A stretch of DNA of 64,000 nt, taken from assembly GCA_964016885.1 (NCBI GenBank), contig OZ024758.1, positions 24,862,001 to 24,926,000 of the forward strand, in the 5' to 3' direction. Below, in pieces: positions 43,818-57,870 of this stretch. Source of the DNA: Eledone cirrhosa (Eukaryota). Each line of letters opens with the position of its first letter. Within the stretch, counting starts at the first letter, position 1. The notes under the pieces are model-generated. The model had not been told where the DNA came from. It saw only the letters and a program-made list of their open reading frames with translations, and did no database searches. The position numbers were made by a program, and so were the translations under genes.

Positions 43818-44149
43818 TATAATATATATAAGATATATATATATATATATAATTAATTTTGATATTTCAGGGTTTAATCCCTCTTTTCAAATGTAGAGAT
43901 GAAACAGCATATGAGCCACCGAGTCATAATATGACGTCATTGTCAAAAGTAGCTATCACATGAAACGACCAACAAACACAATACAGTAGAACTGTAAACG
44001 TCTTCATTTAATTTAATATGCTTACATTTTTTTTAGCCAGATGTCGCTGCCATCGGTTAAATTCTGCAGCAAAACTAAATTTCAATTCAACCTCAAATCT
44101 TCAGTCTCATCACTTGATCTTTATCTCTGCTATAATGTTACAGTTGAAT

Positions 44150-45541
44150 TCACTAAAATGGTAACCACATACTTTCAAACATCACTAAATTAACTAAAAT
44201 AGTAACCACATACATTCAAACATCACTAAATTAACTAAAATAGTAACCACATACATTCAAACATCACTAAATTAACTAAAATAGGAACCACATACTTTCA
44301 AAGATCACTAAATTAACTAAAATAGTAACCACATACATTCAAACATCACTAAATTAACTAAATAGTAACCACATACTTTCAAACATCACTAAATTAACTA
44401 AAATAGTAACCACATACTTTCAAACATCACTAAATTAACTAAAATGGTAACCACATACTTTCAAAGATCACTAAATTAACTAAAATAGTAACCACATACT
44501 TTCAAACATCACTAAATTAACTAAAATGGTAACCACATACTTTCAAAGATCACTAAATTAACTAAAATAGTAACCACATACTTTCAAAGATCACTAAATT
44601 AACTAAAATAGTAACCACATACTTTCAAACATCACTAAATTAACTAAAATGGTAACCACATACTTTCAAAGATCACTAAATTAACTAAAATAGTAACCAC
44701 ATACTTTCAAACATCACTAAATTAACTAAAATAGTAACCACATACTTTCAAACATCACTAAATTAACTAAAATGGTAACCACATACTTTCAAAGATCACT
44801 AAATTAACTAAAATAGTAACCACATACTTTCAAACATCACTAAATTAACTAAAATAGTAACCACATACTTTCAAACATCCCTAAATTAACTAAAATAGTA
44901 ACCACATACTTTCAAACATCACTAAATTAATTAAAATAGTAACCACATACTTTCAAAGATCACTAAATTAACTAAAATAGTAACCACATATTTTCAAACA
45001 TCACTAAATTAATTAAAATAGTAACCACATACTTTCAAACATCACTAAATTAACTAAAATGGTAACCACATACTTTCAAAGATCACTAAATTAACTAAAA
45101 TAGTAACCACATACTTTCAAACATCACTAAATTAAGTAAAATAGTAACCACATACTTTCAAACATCACTAAATTAAGTAAAATAGTAACCACATACTTTC
45201 AAAGATCACTAAATTAACTAAAATAGTAACCACATACTTTCAAACATCACTAAATTAACTAAAATAGTAACCACATACTTTCAAAGATCACTAAATTAAC
45301 TAAAATAGTAACCACATACTTTCAAACGTCACTAAATTAACTAAAATAGTAACCACATACTTTCAAACATCACTAAATTAACTAAAATAGTAACCACATA
45401 CTTTCAAACATCACTAAATTAACTAAAATAGTAACCACATACTTTCAAACATCACTAAATTAACTAAAATAGTAACCACATACTTTCAAACATCACTAAA
45501 TTAACTAAAATAGTAACCACATACTTTCAAACATCACTAAA
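44150..45541. repeat. 41-bp minisatellite, about 33 units
   Basis: Unit CACTAAATTAACTAAAATAGTAACCACATACTTTCAAACAT. Confidence 0.97.
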
Positions 45542-45559
45542 TCTTTTTTTCGTTTCATT

Positions 45560-45745
45560 ATAATTGTTTCTACTTTTGGTACAAGGCCAGCAATTACCCC
45601 AGCGCATTACTGGTTCTTTATTTTATCGACCCTGTAAGGATGAAAGGCAAAGTTAACCTCGGCGGGATTTGAACTCAGACCGTAAAGGGCCGTAACTATG
45701 CTACAAAGCATGGCGTCCGACCCTCAATACTGCCAATCCACCGCG
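45560..45745 (-). mobile_element. S1 SINE
   Basis: S1 core. Confidence 0.88.
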
Positions 45746-46296
45746 TTTCGTATAACTGGGAAAAAAAAAAATATGCTTTAACAACAATTATAATCCGATC
45801 TAATCAATCGGATTGTACTGGGTGATCTATAATTCAAACTCTCTCTGTTTTGGTCGCCATTACTTCCACTGCTAAACACTCGTCATTAGCTAGTTACACT
45901 GTATCGAAGGGGTTGTTTTATCAACGTCATCATCATCGGTTTATTAAGAGGAAGACGGCTAGTGTCCATGACTGCTTTCAGAGCCCTCACAGCCGGTAGA
46001 ATGAAGGGAGCAGATCATTATTTAACTACGAGGCATGTTCCAGATGCTTGCAACAAATAGGAATTCGTCAAAAGTTCCCGAGTGCCAGGCGATAGTATTA
46101 AAGCAGCCGACATATTTATGTTTATATATCTAAACGTTACACCTGATGTGGCTGTTATGTCATTATAGGAATGTACCCTAGCTCGTATATGTATACAGCT
46201 GCATGCTTGTGTCTACACGGTTAAGTGTGTACGCATGCTTGTGTCTACACGGTTAAGTGTGTACGCATGCGTAATTGTATATATACATATAATCAT

Positions 46297-46329
<33 letters not shown>

Positions 46330-46332
46330 CAT

Positions 46333-46378
<46 letters not shown>

Positions 46379-46399
46379 TTACATATACAAGGATATACG

Positions 46400-48703
46400 T
46401 ATGCATAAATATACACACAGGTGTACGTATGTATACATATACATTCATATATACATAGATATACGTATGCATAGATATACATATACATTCATACATATAC
46501 ATTCATACATATATATATATATATATACAGTCAAACATATACACATTCATACATATACATATATACATTCATACATATATACATTCATACATATACATAT
46601 ACATATATGCATTCATACATATATGCATTCATACATATATACATTCATATACATACATATATGCATTCATACATATACATACATATATACATTCATACAT
46701 ACATACATACATTCATACATATACATATATACATATACATATATACATTCATACATATACATATATACATTCATACATATACATATATACATTCATACAT
46801 ATACATATATACATTCATACATATACATCCATACATATACATATATACATTCATACATATATACATTCATACATATACATATATACATTCATACATATAT
46901 ACATTCATACATATATGCATTCATACATATATACATTCATACATATATACATTCATACATATATACATTCATACATATATGCATTCATACATATATACAT
47001 TCATACATATATACATTCATACATATATGCATTCATACATATATGCATTCATACATATATACATTCATACATATATACATTCATACATATATACATTCAT
47101 ACATATATGCATTCATACATATATACATTCATACATATATACATTCATACATATATACATTCATACATATATGCATTCATACATACAGACATTCATACAT
47201 ACATACAGACATTCATACATACATACAGACATTCATACATATATACATTCATAGATATACATATATACATATACATGTATACATTCATACATATACACAT
47301 TCATACATATACATATATACATTCATATATATACATATATACATTCATACATATAGATTCATACATATATACATATAGATTCATACATATACACATATAG
47401 ATTCATACATATACACATATAGATTCATACATATACATATATACATTCATACATATACATATATACATTCATACATATACATATATACATTCATACATAT
47501 ACATATATACATTCATACATATACATATATACATTCATACATATACATATATACATTCATACATATACATATATACATTCATATATATACATTCATATAT
47601 ATACATATATACATTCATATATATACATATATACATTCATATATATACATATATACATTCATATATATACATATATACACTCATATATATACATATATAC
47701 ACTCATACATATACATATATACATTCATACATATACATATATACATTCATACATATACATATATACATTCATACATATACATATATACATTCATACATAT
47801 ACATATATACATTCATACATATACATATATACATTCATACATATACATATATACATTCATATATATACACATATACATTCATATATATACATATATACAT
47901 TCATATATATACATATATACATTCATATATATACATATATACATTCATACATATAGATTCATACATATAGATTCATACATATATACATAGATTCATACAT
48001 ATACACATATAGATTCATACATATACATATATACATTCATACATATATACATTCATACATATATACATTCATACATATACATATATACATTCATACATAT
48101 ACATATATACATTCATACATATACATATATACATTCATACATATACATATATACACTCATATATATACATATATACACTCATATATATACATATATACAC
48201 TCATACATATACATATATACACTCATACATATACATATATACACTCATACATATACATATATACACTCATACATATACATATATACACTCATACATATAC
48301 ATATATACACTCATACATATACATATATACACTCATACATATACATATATACACTCATATATATACATATATACACTCATACATATACATATATACACTC
48401 ATATATATACATATATACACTCATATATATACATATATACACTCATATATATACATATATACACTCATACATATACATATATACACTCATACATATACAT
48501 ATATACACTCATACATATACATATATACACTCATACATATACATATATACACTCAAACATATACATATATACATTCATACATATACATATATACATTCAT
48601 ACATATAGATTCATACATATATACATAGATTCATACATATACACATATAGATTCATACATATATACATTCATACATATACATATATACATTCATACATAT
48701 ACA
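46400..48703. repeat. Compound TA/CA satellite with CATTCAT and CACTCAT 16- and 22-bp units
   Basis: Direct inspection. Confidence 0.95.
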
Positions 48704-48992
48704 TCATCCTATGATAAAGCCGAAGAAAGGGATTTATTTACAGTAAAGATTAGTGATTAGCGTCACAGGGAAAATCAGTTAAAGTAGATAAACTGTTGAT
48801 GATAAACGGTAATTAATATTGTAATAATATTATTATAAACTCTATAGAAGATTTTACATTTAATATTGTTATAAACTGTGGGACATCGCGTGTAGGTTGT
48901 TTAATATTGTTGTTATAGGCCGTATAATAATTGATATATACCCCTCCCGTTCTCTTTATATATCTATCTAACTATATTTTATACTACTAAAG

Positions 48993-49390
48993 ATGGTGGA
49001 TTGGCAGTATCGGTAGAGGGTCGGACGCCATGCTTTGACGCAAAGAGTTACGGCCCTTGCCATTCTGAGTTCAAATCCCGCCGAGGTTAACTTTGCCTTT
49101 CATCCTTACGAGGTCGATAAAATAAAGTACCAGTAATGTACTGGGTAATTGCTGGCCTTGTGCCTAAAGTAGAAACTATATTATATACTACTAAAGATGG
49201 TGGATTGGCAGTATCGGTAGAGGGTCGGACGCCATGCTTTGACGCATAGAGTTACGGCCCTTGCCATTCTGTGTTCAAATCCCGCCGAGGTTAACTTTGC
49301 CTTTCATCCTTACGGGGGTCGATAAAATAAAGTACCAGTAATACACTGGTAATTGCTGGCCTTGTGCCAAAAGTAGAAACACACAACAAT
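48993..49390 (+). mobile_element. Two tandem S1 SINEs separated by a copy of the flank TATACTACTAAA
   Basis: TATACTACTAAA at about 48980, 49184 and 49393. Confidence 0.88.
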
Positions 49391-49391
49391 T

Positions 49392-49763
49392 ATATACTAC
49401 TAAAACTCTGTGATTGCTTGCTTGCTTGCTTGTTTGTAATGTAAGACAGCCAAAAGGGTGCATGATGGGAAAATACTTTGAAAAGAAGTTGACCCTTAAA
49501 TGGGAATACAAATGGAATAAAACAAGTTTTGCGTAAATCGGAGCACGGGGTTCCGAGATATGGGTTTTTCCGGGTACCTTCACAGAGAGAGAGAGAGAGA
49601 GAGAGAAATAGATAGTGGTTGTGAGAGATTAGATTGAAAGAGAGAGGGAGAGGAGACAGAAGGAAAATGGGAGAGAGAGAGAGCTGTTGGTTGGTTAGTT
49701 GGTTGGTGTGTGTGTGTGACCAGTGTATATAGATCACAGACACCCATATATACACACACACTC

Positions 49764-49803
<40 letters not shown>

Positions 49804-49915
49804 GTCTTCCAGTTTCATTTCACATTATATACATTTTAAAATTATTTTTAAGTGAACATGATTTTAAAAAGTATTTTGAAGTGAACGTGACCCAACGGGC
49901 CACGGGTGGTCTAAT
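49392..49915 (+). mobile_element. Helitron-like non-autonomous element
   Basis: 5' TATACTACTAAAA followed by a tetranucleotide microsatellite; 3' GC-rich CCCAACGGGCCACGGGTGGTCTAAT. Confidence 0.4.
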
Positions 49916-50364
49916 ATATATATATAGAGAGAGAGAGATTCTGCTCTGAGGAAATGGTAGTCGCAGCATTTGAAAATTGAGTTTCTGCAATCAAATAACT
50001 ATTAATTATCAATTTGTACATAGCATGACTAGGCTGTATAACTACTGTTGAAACATTTGTAAGCACTCGGAATAAATTACCTTTTTATGATGTCTACCTG
50101 TTATTATTCATTCTTTATCTACACCCCGGAATACAGAAGGAACAGAAACAGAATTTTTCCGACTATTCTTCCATACCTCGCTGAGTAACCCCTCACCGTA
50201 CGTCGACTCTATCTAGTGTAGTAATTAGCCATTACTGCATTCAGGATAACCCTAAGCATTTCTTGCATAACCTAATATATACGTATTATATTATAATAAA
50301 TGGGCCGTAACTCTTTGCTGCAAAGCATGGCGTCCAACCCTCTACCGATACTGCCAATCCACTA

Positions 50365-50640
50365 ACAATAACAGTACAATGACTATTTGTTAAGCCTTCA
50401 TTACGTCATTACTACAACAGAAGTCCGACGAGCTTTTGATTCCAGAGACGGGCCAAATCGATACAGCTCGAACCTTGAGCTGATCAATAGCGAAACGCGC
50501 GTCGCCAATCAATAAGCGTAATGAAGGCTTAAAAAAAAAAAAATCGTCCTTGTATTACACTGTCTAGCTCTACACCTCGCTACTGACGTGAACCTAAACA
50601 TCGAGTGCTCACCTGGGTGAACCTACAGTAACACTCCCTG
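50365..50640 (+). mobile_element. Fold-back element with hammerhead 3' half
   Basis: GCT..AGC-GAAAC-GCGC-GTC at 50479-50503; inverted arms at 50371-50405 and 50517-50563. Confidence 0.5.
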
Positions 50641-51769
50641 GATATATATACAGTATATATAAGTTAATCCCGGGTTCAATCGGGGGTAACCACAGTAAGT
50701 AAGGTACTCAATACATAGCAGAGTATAAATATTTAATATAGAAAGGCTTCTACAGGACTGGAACTGCTTCATTCAGCAGTTATGCGCCTACGGTTGTAGA
50801 ATGGTGTGACTGCTATGTCTGCTAGATGGTGAATCGACAGAGTTGTTAAAACGTCCTGGCTGTTGGCCGTTTTCCTGGTCGTTAAAGCGTCCTGGCTGTT
50901 GGCCGTTTTCCTGGTCGTTAAAGCGTCCTGGCTGTTGGCCGTTTTCCTGGTTTGTTAAAACGTCGGATGAAATGTTTCGTGGTATTGGTTCTTGCTCTCT
51001 GAGTTCAAATCCTGCCGTGGTCAACATTATTCATCTACCTATCAAGGTCAAAAGGTTAAGTAGGGGGGGGGTCGATTATTCCTATTTACAGAGAGAGGGT
51101 GGGGGAGAAAGAAAGGGAGAGAGAGCGAGAAAGAGAAAGAGGGATAAAGCGGGAAAGAGAAAGAGAGTGAGAAAAAAAAGGGAGAAAAGGAGAGGGAAAG
51201 AGAAACAGAAACAGAAAGAGAGAGAGAAAAAGAGAGAGAGAAAGAGAGAAAGAGAGAGGAGATTGGCAGTGTTCAGGGCCTGATAGGCTCCGCCAGGTTT
51301 AAAATGCCGAAGACATGACGTATGTCATCTCTACAATGCTCCTCCGACTTCATCAGGCGTTATAGACATACACGCATGTGATGTCATCTGCGTCTGAGAG
51401 TGTGTGTATATTTCGTGAAGTTGAAAGCAAACTGTGGAAGTCTAAGTTAAAAATGTCGGTGAAATTACAAGTTCTGGGTATGTTGTATACGGGCTTGGTG
51501 ACCCGACAAGCAGTTTATAGGCCAGCATTTCGTGTTGTTGGGTGAGATAGTGTTTAACATTTTGAGTATAAGTGGGTAGTGAGGAATGGAGTGAAAAAAG
51601 CTTTGCTGATGTGTATAGTTGTTATAAGCTGTTTTGTCGTTGTTGTTGAACTTATCGAGTGACATATATTCTATAATTTAGGAATTTGGTACAGTTGATA
51701 CGAACAGAAAATATTTTGGTGGGACTTTTGAGAGTTTTTGCTTTGTTTTCCACATTGTATTTCTTCTGG

Positions 51770-52030
51770 TCTTCTTCTTCGCTCACTTATTCCTGAGAAG
51801 ATAGTGGAGGCAGACCCTCAAACACTCCCTCCAGTGGGTCCTGTCACAAGCAACCGTCTCCAAATAATCCGGCTGGATCCCCATGCGTGACCAGCCGAAT
51901 TCAAAGATGTTAAACAAACCATCTTGCTCGGGACCTACTCCTGAGTTTCTTGCCGGTTGATTTTCTGTGTAACATCTGTCCAGCGATTCTTTCCTGAGAC
52001 ATTCTAACCACATACCCATAGCTTTTCTTC
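51770..52030 (-). mobile_element. RTE/Expander-like LINE 3' end
   Basis: YGYVVRMSQERIA... / GWSRMGIQPDYLETVACDRTHWRECLR; homologous to 61910-62120. Confidence 0.75.
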
Positions 52031-54821
52031 TGGTGTCTAAGGGAAAGAAGAGGTCGGCGTTGTGGTATAGATGAAAAGTACGTATTTAGTATTTGGGTTT
52101 CTGTTCTCATTGTATAATTCTTTCCTTTTTTTTTTTAGTTGATTTTGTCAGTGTTTCACAAGTGAATTTATTTTTGCTGTAGTGTTGGAGTATATTACTT
52201 GTGGTTGTTACTGTGACATATAACAGTTGTTGAAATTGTTGACATATAACAGTTGTTATAGAAATCTATAAAATGAACACAAAGTAAAGGAAAGGGAGTG
52301 AGAGAACACACCAAGACGGACAACTGACGCTGCACACCAGGTCCGAATGCAAAAGAACCGAACTCCCACTGTCACTTTGTGTAGTGTTTTACTGTTTGTT
52401 TTATAGTTTATATTTGATGCAAACATTTGCAGTTTTTTTATGTCCAAGCTTCAATGAGTTTTATATCTGCTCAGTGTAAAGTTTAATATCTGCTCAGTGT
52501 AAAGTTTTATATCTGCTCAGTGTAAAGTTTTATATCTGATCAGTGTATTTTTTTTTTAAATCACGCTCGCCATTTTAGTTTTGTAATTGTGGTTGTGTAT
52601 CTGTGTTGCCTTGTGCAATTTAATTGCTGAATGTGTATGATGCAGGATTCAGAAGCAGACGAGGAAACCTTGATGATAACTCTAGCTGGAATTTATTTGA
52701 TCATGGGTTTGATCTGTAGGTGTTTAACTAAGTTCGATACAACACTTTTCTTCTGACTAACTAAAAAACAAAATGAATACCCCGTGATCAATATAACCAA
52801 AGGAATTCAATAAAATCAATCAATTGTATAAAGTGGAGTTTATCAGATATATCGTTAGGTAAAGTAAATAAGAAATCTTTAAAGCAGAACGATTACTTCT
52901 TACACCAGAGAAGAATACAAAAACATTTTATTACATTTTCTTTAGTAAATAGTCGTAAACTCACAGGCAACAACTGTTTATTGGAATCGATAACAGTTTT
53001 AAAAATTGACACCAATCACAAACAGACACAAACACAATCACACACACACCACATAAAAAGATATTTAAACAAACAAACAAACAAACACATATTTCAACAA
53101 ACACACAAATACATATTTAAAGAGCCACAGCATAGTTTCTCTTGGAATTATTTCTCAAAGAAAATTAAAAAAACTTGCAGAATTTCATTCTATTTTTCAT
53201 TTATTCTCATTCTTCGTTCTCTTTCCCGGATGAACTAAATTTGTTTTATTCTCATAATTTTCACAAGCTTCGTTTTCTCTCAACCCCTCCACCATCACCA
53301 CCACCACCACCACTATCAATACACCACCACCACCACTATCAATACACCATCACCACCGCTACCACCACCACCACCACTATCAATACACCACCACCACCAA
53401 TACCACCACCAATACTACATATTCATTCATATCCTTCTCTCTTTTCTATTTTCTCTTTTTGTGTTTTTGTTCCCTCCTTCAGCTTGTCTGTTCCCTTTCA
53501 TTTCAAGATTGTCAGGGTGTATGTAATAACTAAACTATCTCTACATTTTCAAAGGGCTTCTTTCCTTAGTATCACCTTTACCATCTGCCATCTCCGCTCA
53601 CTCCACCAACAACATGGCTGCCGTTACTTCTACTGCTGTTGCTAAGGGGTGGAGGGAAGGGGGTGGAAGGAAGACGGCGTGAGACTAAAAGACCGCTAAG
53701 GGTCTCTCCCCCCCCCCCCCTCAAGCAAGCTTCAGGTGGAAGGGAGTAAAGTGGAGACAGAGAATGGGGGAGAAAGGATGGGGGTGAGAAAGGATGGGGG
53801 GAGGCAGGAAGGTGGGGGGGGGGGGGGGGGGGTAATAATGCAATTGGATGTTACGTTACATCACATTCTAATGTCGTCACCAAAGTCACACCATTACTAA
53901 AAAACACTTCAAAATACCTTCCTCTTTCCAGCCTCACCCCACAGTCCTTATTAGCTTTTCCTCAACCCTACTCCTTTACCCACTACCAATTCTCTCTCTC
54001 TCGCTCTCTCTCTCTCTCTCCTAGCCTACCTATCTGTCTACATCTCTCTCTCTCTGTCTATCTCTCTATCTATCTCTGTCTCTGTATCTCTGTCTATCTC
54101 TCTATCTCTCCATCTCTCTCTCTCTGTCTGTCTATATTTCTCTCTCTCTCTCTCTGTCTATCTCTCTGTCTGTCTGCATATCTCTATCTCTATCTCTCTT
54201 CTAGCCTACCTATCTGTCTACATATCTCTATCTCTGTCTACCTGTTTCTGTCTCTCTGTCTGTCTACATATATCTATCTGTCTATCTGTCTACCTGTCTC
54301 TGTCTATCTCCATCTGCCTGTCTCTCTCTGTCTATCTCTATCTATCTGTCTGTGTCTATCTGTCTACATATATCTCTACCTCTGTCTATCTTTTTGTCGA
54401 CTTGATTAACTCCTACCTACTTACCTACACACACTACATATACATACATACATACATACATATATACATACATACATACACACATATATACATATACACA
54501 CATATACACATATACACACACATATATACATATACACACATATATATATACACACACACACACACATATATATATACACACACACACACATATATATATA
54601 CACACACACACATATATATATACACACACATACACATATATATATACACACACATACACATATACACACATATATATACACATATACACACACATATATA
54701 TACACATATACACACATATATATACACACATACATACATACATACACATATACATACATACATACACACACATATATACACACATACATATACATACATA
54801 CAACACATACATACATGCAAC

Positions 54822-54860
<39 letters not shown>

Positions 54861-55640
54861 CACATATACATATACACATATATACATACACATATACATA
54901 CACACACATAGGTATATACCCGGCATCTAACCAACAAAAACCAACATAAACCAACATAAAACAACCAGGAATCCCCCCCACATAGTTTGATGCCCTCTCC
55001 ACCACCACCCTTTCGTCATTTTTCTTCCCTTCCCATAATTACTTCTATATTTTATATTTTTTTTTTCTTTATTTTCTTCTCACTTTTCTTTTCTTTTATT
55101 ATTTCTTTGATTTCTTTCTTTATTTTCCCCACCATTCCCCTTGTTATGCCGACAAGCTTGTTGTTTTGTGAGACACTAACCAGTAAGCTGCTACGTCTCA
55201 AACTTCTGCAGCTACCTTTTCTATCTATCAAACAAAACATACTATAAATTATCATATATATATATATATATTCATATATATATATATATATACATATATT
55301 TATACATACACACATATATATATATATACACACACATATAAATATATATACACACACATATAGACGTGTTTACATTCAAACCTCACTTTTATCCATTCAC
55401 CATGAATATACATGTTTAAATGTTTGTACAGTCTTCTAGACTGGTGTAAGTAAAAAAAAAAAAAAATCAATAAATAAAAAAAAATCGAAGTCAAATCAAT
55501 TACCAGACGACAGAATATTAGATTACAAAGGTGGTCACAAACAAACAAAAGTGAGAAAAATGACCAAAGGTAAAACACAGATTGATAACCAATTACGTGG
55601 CACCGCTCCAAGTACCCAGCAAAAGCTTACAGTAAGTGGC

Positions 55641-56160
55641 CCTTTATTTTATTATAAATAGGGTGACCCCCTAAAATATGTATACCCTTTATTATATTAT
55701 AAACAGGGTGACCCCCTAAAATATGTATACCCTTTATTATATTATAAACAGGGTGACCCCCTAAAATATGTATACCCTTTATTATATTATAAACAGGTGA
55801 CCCCCTAACATATGTATACCCTTTATTATATTATAAACAGGGTGACCCCCTAAAACATGTACACCTTTATTATTTTCCTTATAAACAGGGTGACCCCCTA
55901 AAATATGTATACCCTTTATTATTTTCCTTATAAACAGGGTGACCCCTAAAATATGTATACCCTTTCTTTGCCTTTCATCCTTACGGGGTCGATAAAATAA
56001 AGTACCAGTAATACACTGCATAATTGCTGGCCTTGTGCCTAAAGTAGAAACAATTATTTTCCTTATAAACAGTGACCCCCTAAAACATGTACACCTTTAT
56101 TATTTTCCTTATAAACAGGGTGACCCCCTAAAATATGTATACCCTTTATTATATTCATAT
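55641..56160. repeat. 45-bp tandem array of a mariner-type TIR, interrupted by S1 SINE pieces
   Basis: Unit TTTATTATATTATAAACAGGGTGACCCCCTAAAATATGTATACCC. Confidence 0.85.
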
Positions 56161-56162
56161 AA

Positions 56163-56355
56163 GGGCGGTGAATTGGCAGTATCGGTAAAGGGTTGGACAC
56201 CATGCTTTGATGCATAGAGTTACGGCCCTTGCCATTCTGAGTTCAAATCCCGCCTAGGTTAACTTTGCCTTTCATCCTTACGGGGTCGATAAAATAAAGT
56301 ACCAGTAATACACTGGGTAATTGCTGGCCTTGTGCCTAAAGTAGAAACAATTATA
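56163..56355 (+). mobile_element. S1 SINE
   Basis: Full head and core. Confidence 0.88.
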
Positions 56356-56366
56356 TTCATTATAAA

Positions 56367-56471
56367 CAGGGTGACCTCCTAAAATTGTAAACATACTTCA
56401 ACAGCATTCTAATAGATATTGCCTGTACAGGTAATCAAAGTGTGTATCTATTGTTTTGTGGGGACACCCTG
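56367..56471. mobile_element. Tc1/mariner-type mini-MITE
   Basis: Imperfect TIRs CAGGGTGACCTCCTAAAA / TTTTGTGGGGACACCCTG. Confidence 0.6.
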
Positions 56472-57166
56472 AATGTGTGTATGTATATATATATATATAT
56501 ATATATGTGTATGTGTGCGTGTGTATGTGTGCGTGTGTACGCGTGTGCGTGCGCGTACACATTCCCAAATACAATGCCTGCATTAATGTGATTATAAAAT
56601 TCTTTGAATGCAATAAATACTTACACACTTGCAGACATACAAATATGCATACATACATGCATACATACATAAGTGCATATATACATATATGCATGCACAC
56701 GTACATGCATATACATACACATACGTACATGCATACATACACATACGTACATGCATACATACATACACGCATGCATACATACACACACGCATGCATGCAT
56801 ACATATGTACGTGCATGCTTACATACATTGCTATATACATACATACCTACATACATGCATGCATACATACACACATGCATGCATGCATACATATGTACGT
56901 GCATGCATGCATACATATGTACGTGCATGCTTACATACATATGTACGTGCATGCTTACATACATTGCTATATACATACATACCTACATACATACATTGCT
57001 ATATATATACCTACATACATTGCTATATACATCTATCTATCTAGGGCGGGTAAAATTCCCGAGACCCATGGACGAGTTCTCTCCAGCGGTCTCTGTCCCT
57101 CATTATCGCTGCCATATCCTGCATCTCCAACAGACCAGTGTCTGTCCTTAGTGCATCAACATACGT

Positions 57167-57870
57167 AAAAAATTAATAAGCGGGGGTGTTGGAATAAAAG
57201 GGGGGAAGGGGGGGAAAAATCCGAAGAAATTAATAAGCGGGGGTGTTGGAATAAAAGGGGAAAAGGGTGGAAAAAATCCGAAAAAATTAATAAGCGGGGG
57301 TGTTGGAATAAAAGGGGAGAAGGGTGGAAAAAATCCGAAAAAATTAATAAGCGGGGGTGTTGGAATAAAAGGGGAGAAGGGTGGAAAAAATCCGAAAAAA
57401 TTAATAAGCGGGGGTGTTGGAATAAAAGGGGGGAAGGGTGGAAAAAATCCGAAAAAATTAATAAGCGGGGGTGTTGGAATAAAAGGGGAGAAGGGTGGAA
57501 AAAATCCGAAAAAATTAATAAGCGGGGGGTGTTGGAATAAAAGGGGAGAAGGGTGGAAAAAATCCGAAAAAATTAATAAGCGGAGGTGTTGGAATAAAAG
57601 GGGAGAAGGGTGGAAAAAATCCGAAAAAATTAATAAGCGGGGGTGTTGGAATAAAAGGGGAGAAGGGTGGAAAAAATCCGAAAAAATTAATAAGCGGGGG
57701 TGTTGGAATAAAAGGGGAGAAGGGTGGAAAAAATCCGAAAAAATTAATAAGCGGGGGTGTTGGAATAAAAGGGGAGAAGGGTGGAAAAAATCCGAAAAAA
57801 TTAATAAGCGGAGGTGTTGGAATAAAAGGGGGGAAGGGGTGGAAAAAAATCCCCAAAAATAATAAGCGAG
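57167..57870. repeat. 57-bp G-rich minisatellite, about 12 units
   Basis: Unit AAAAAATTAATAAGCGGGGGTGTTGGAATAAAAGGGGAGAAGGGTGGAAAAAATCCG. Confidence 0.95.

Noticed and set aside
29933-45541. CRISPR-like appearance of the 14-, 41- and 103-bp arrays
   Set aside because: Head-to-tail repeats without unique spacers, no cas genes, eukaryotic context
51300-51360. Minus-strand CTGATGA as a hammerhead core
   Set aside because: No GAAA or helices; the segment is the diverged 3' tail of the long SINE seen at 22464 and 61000
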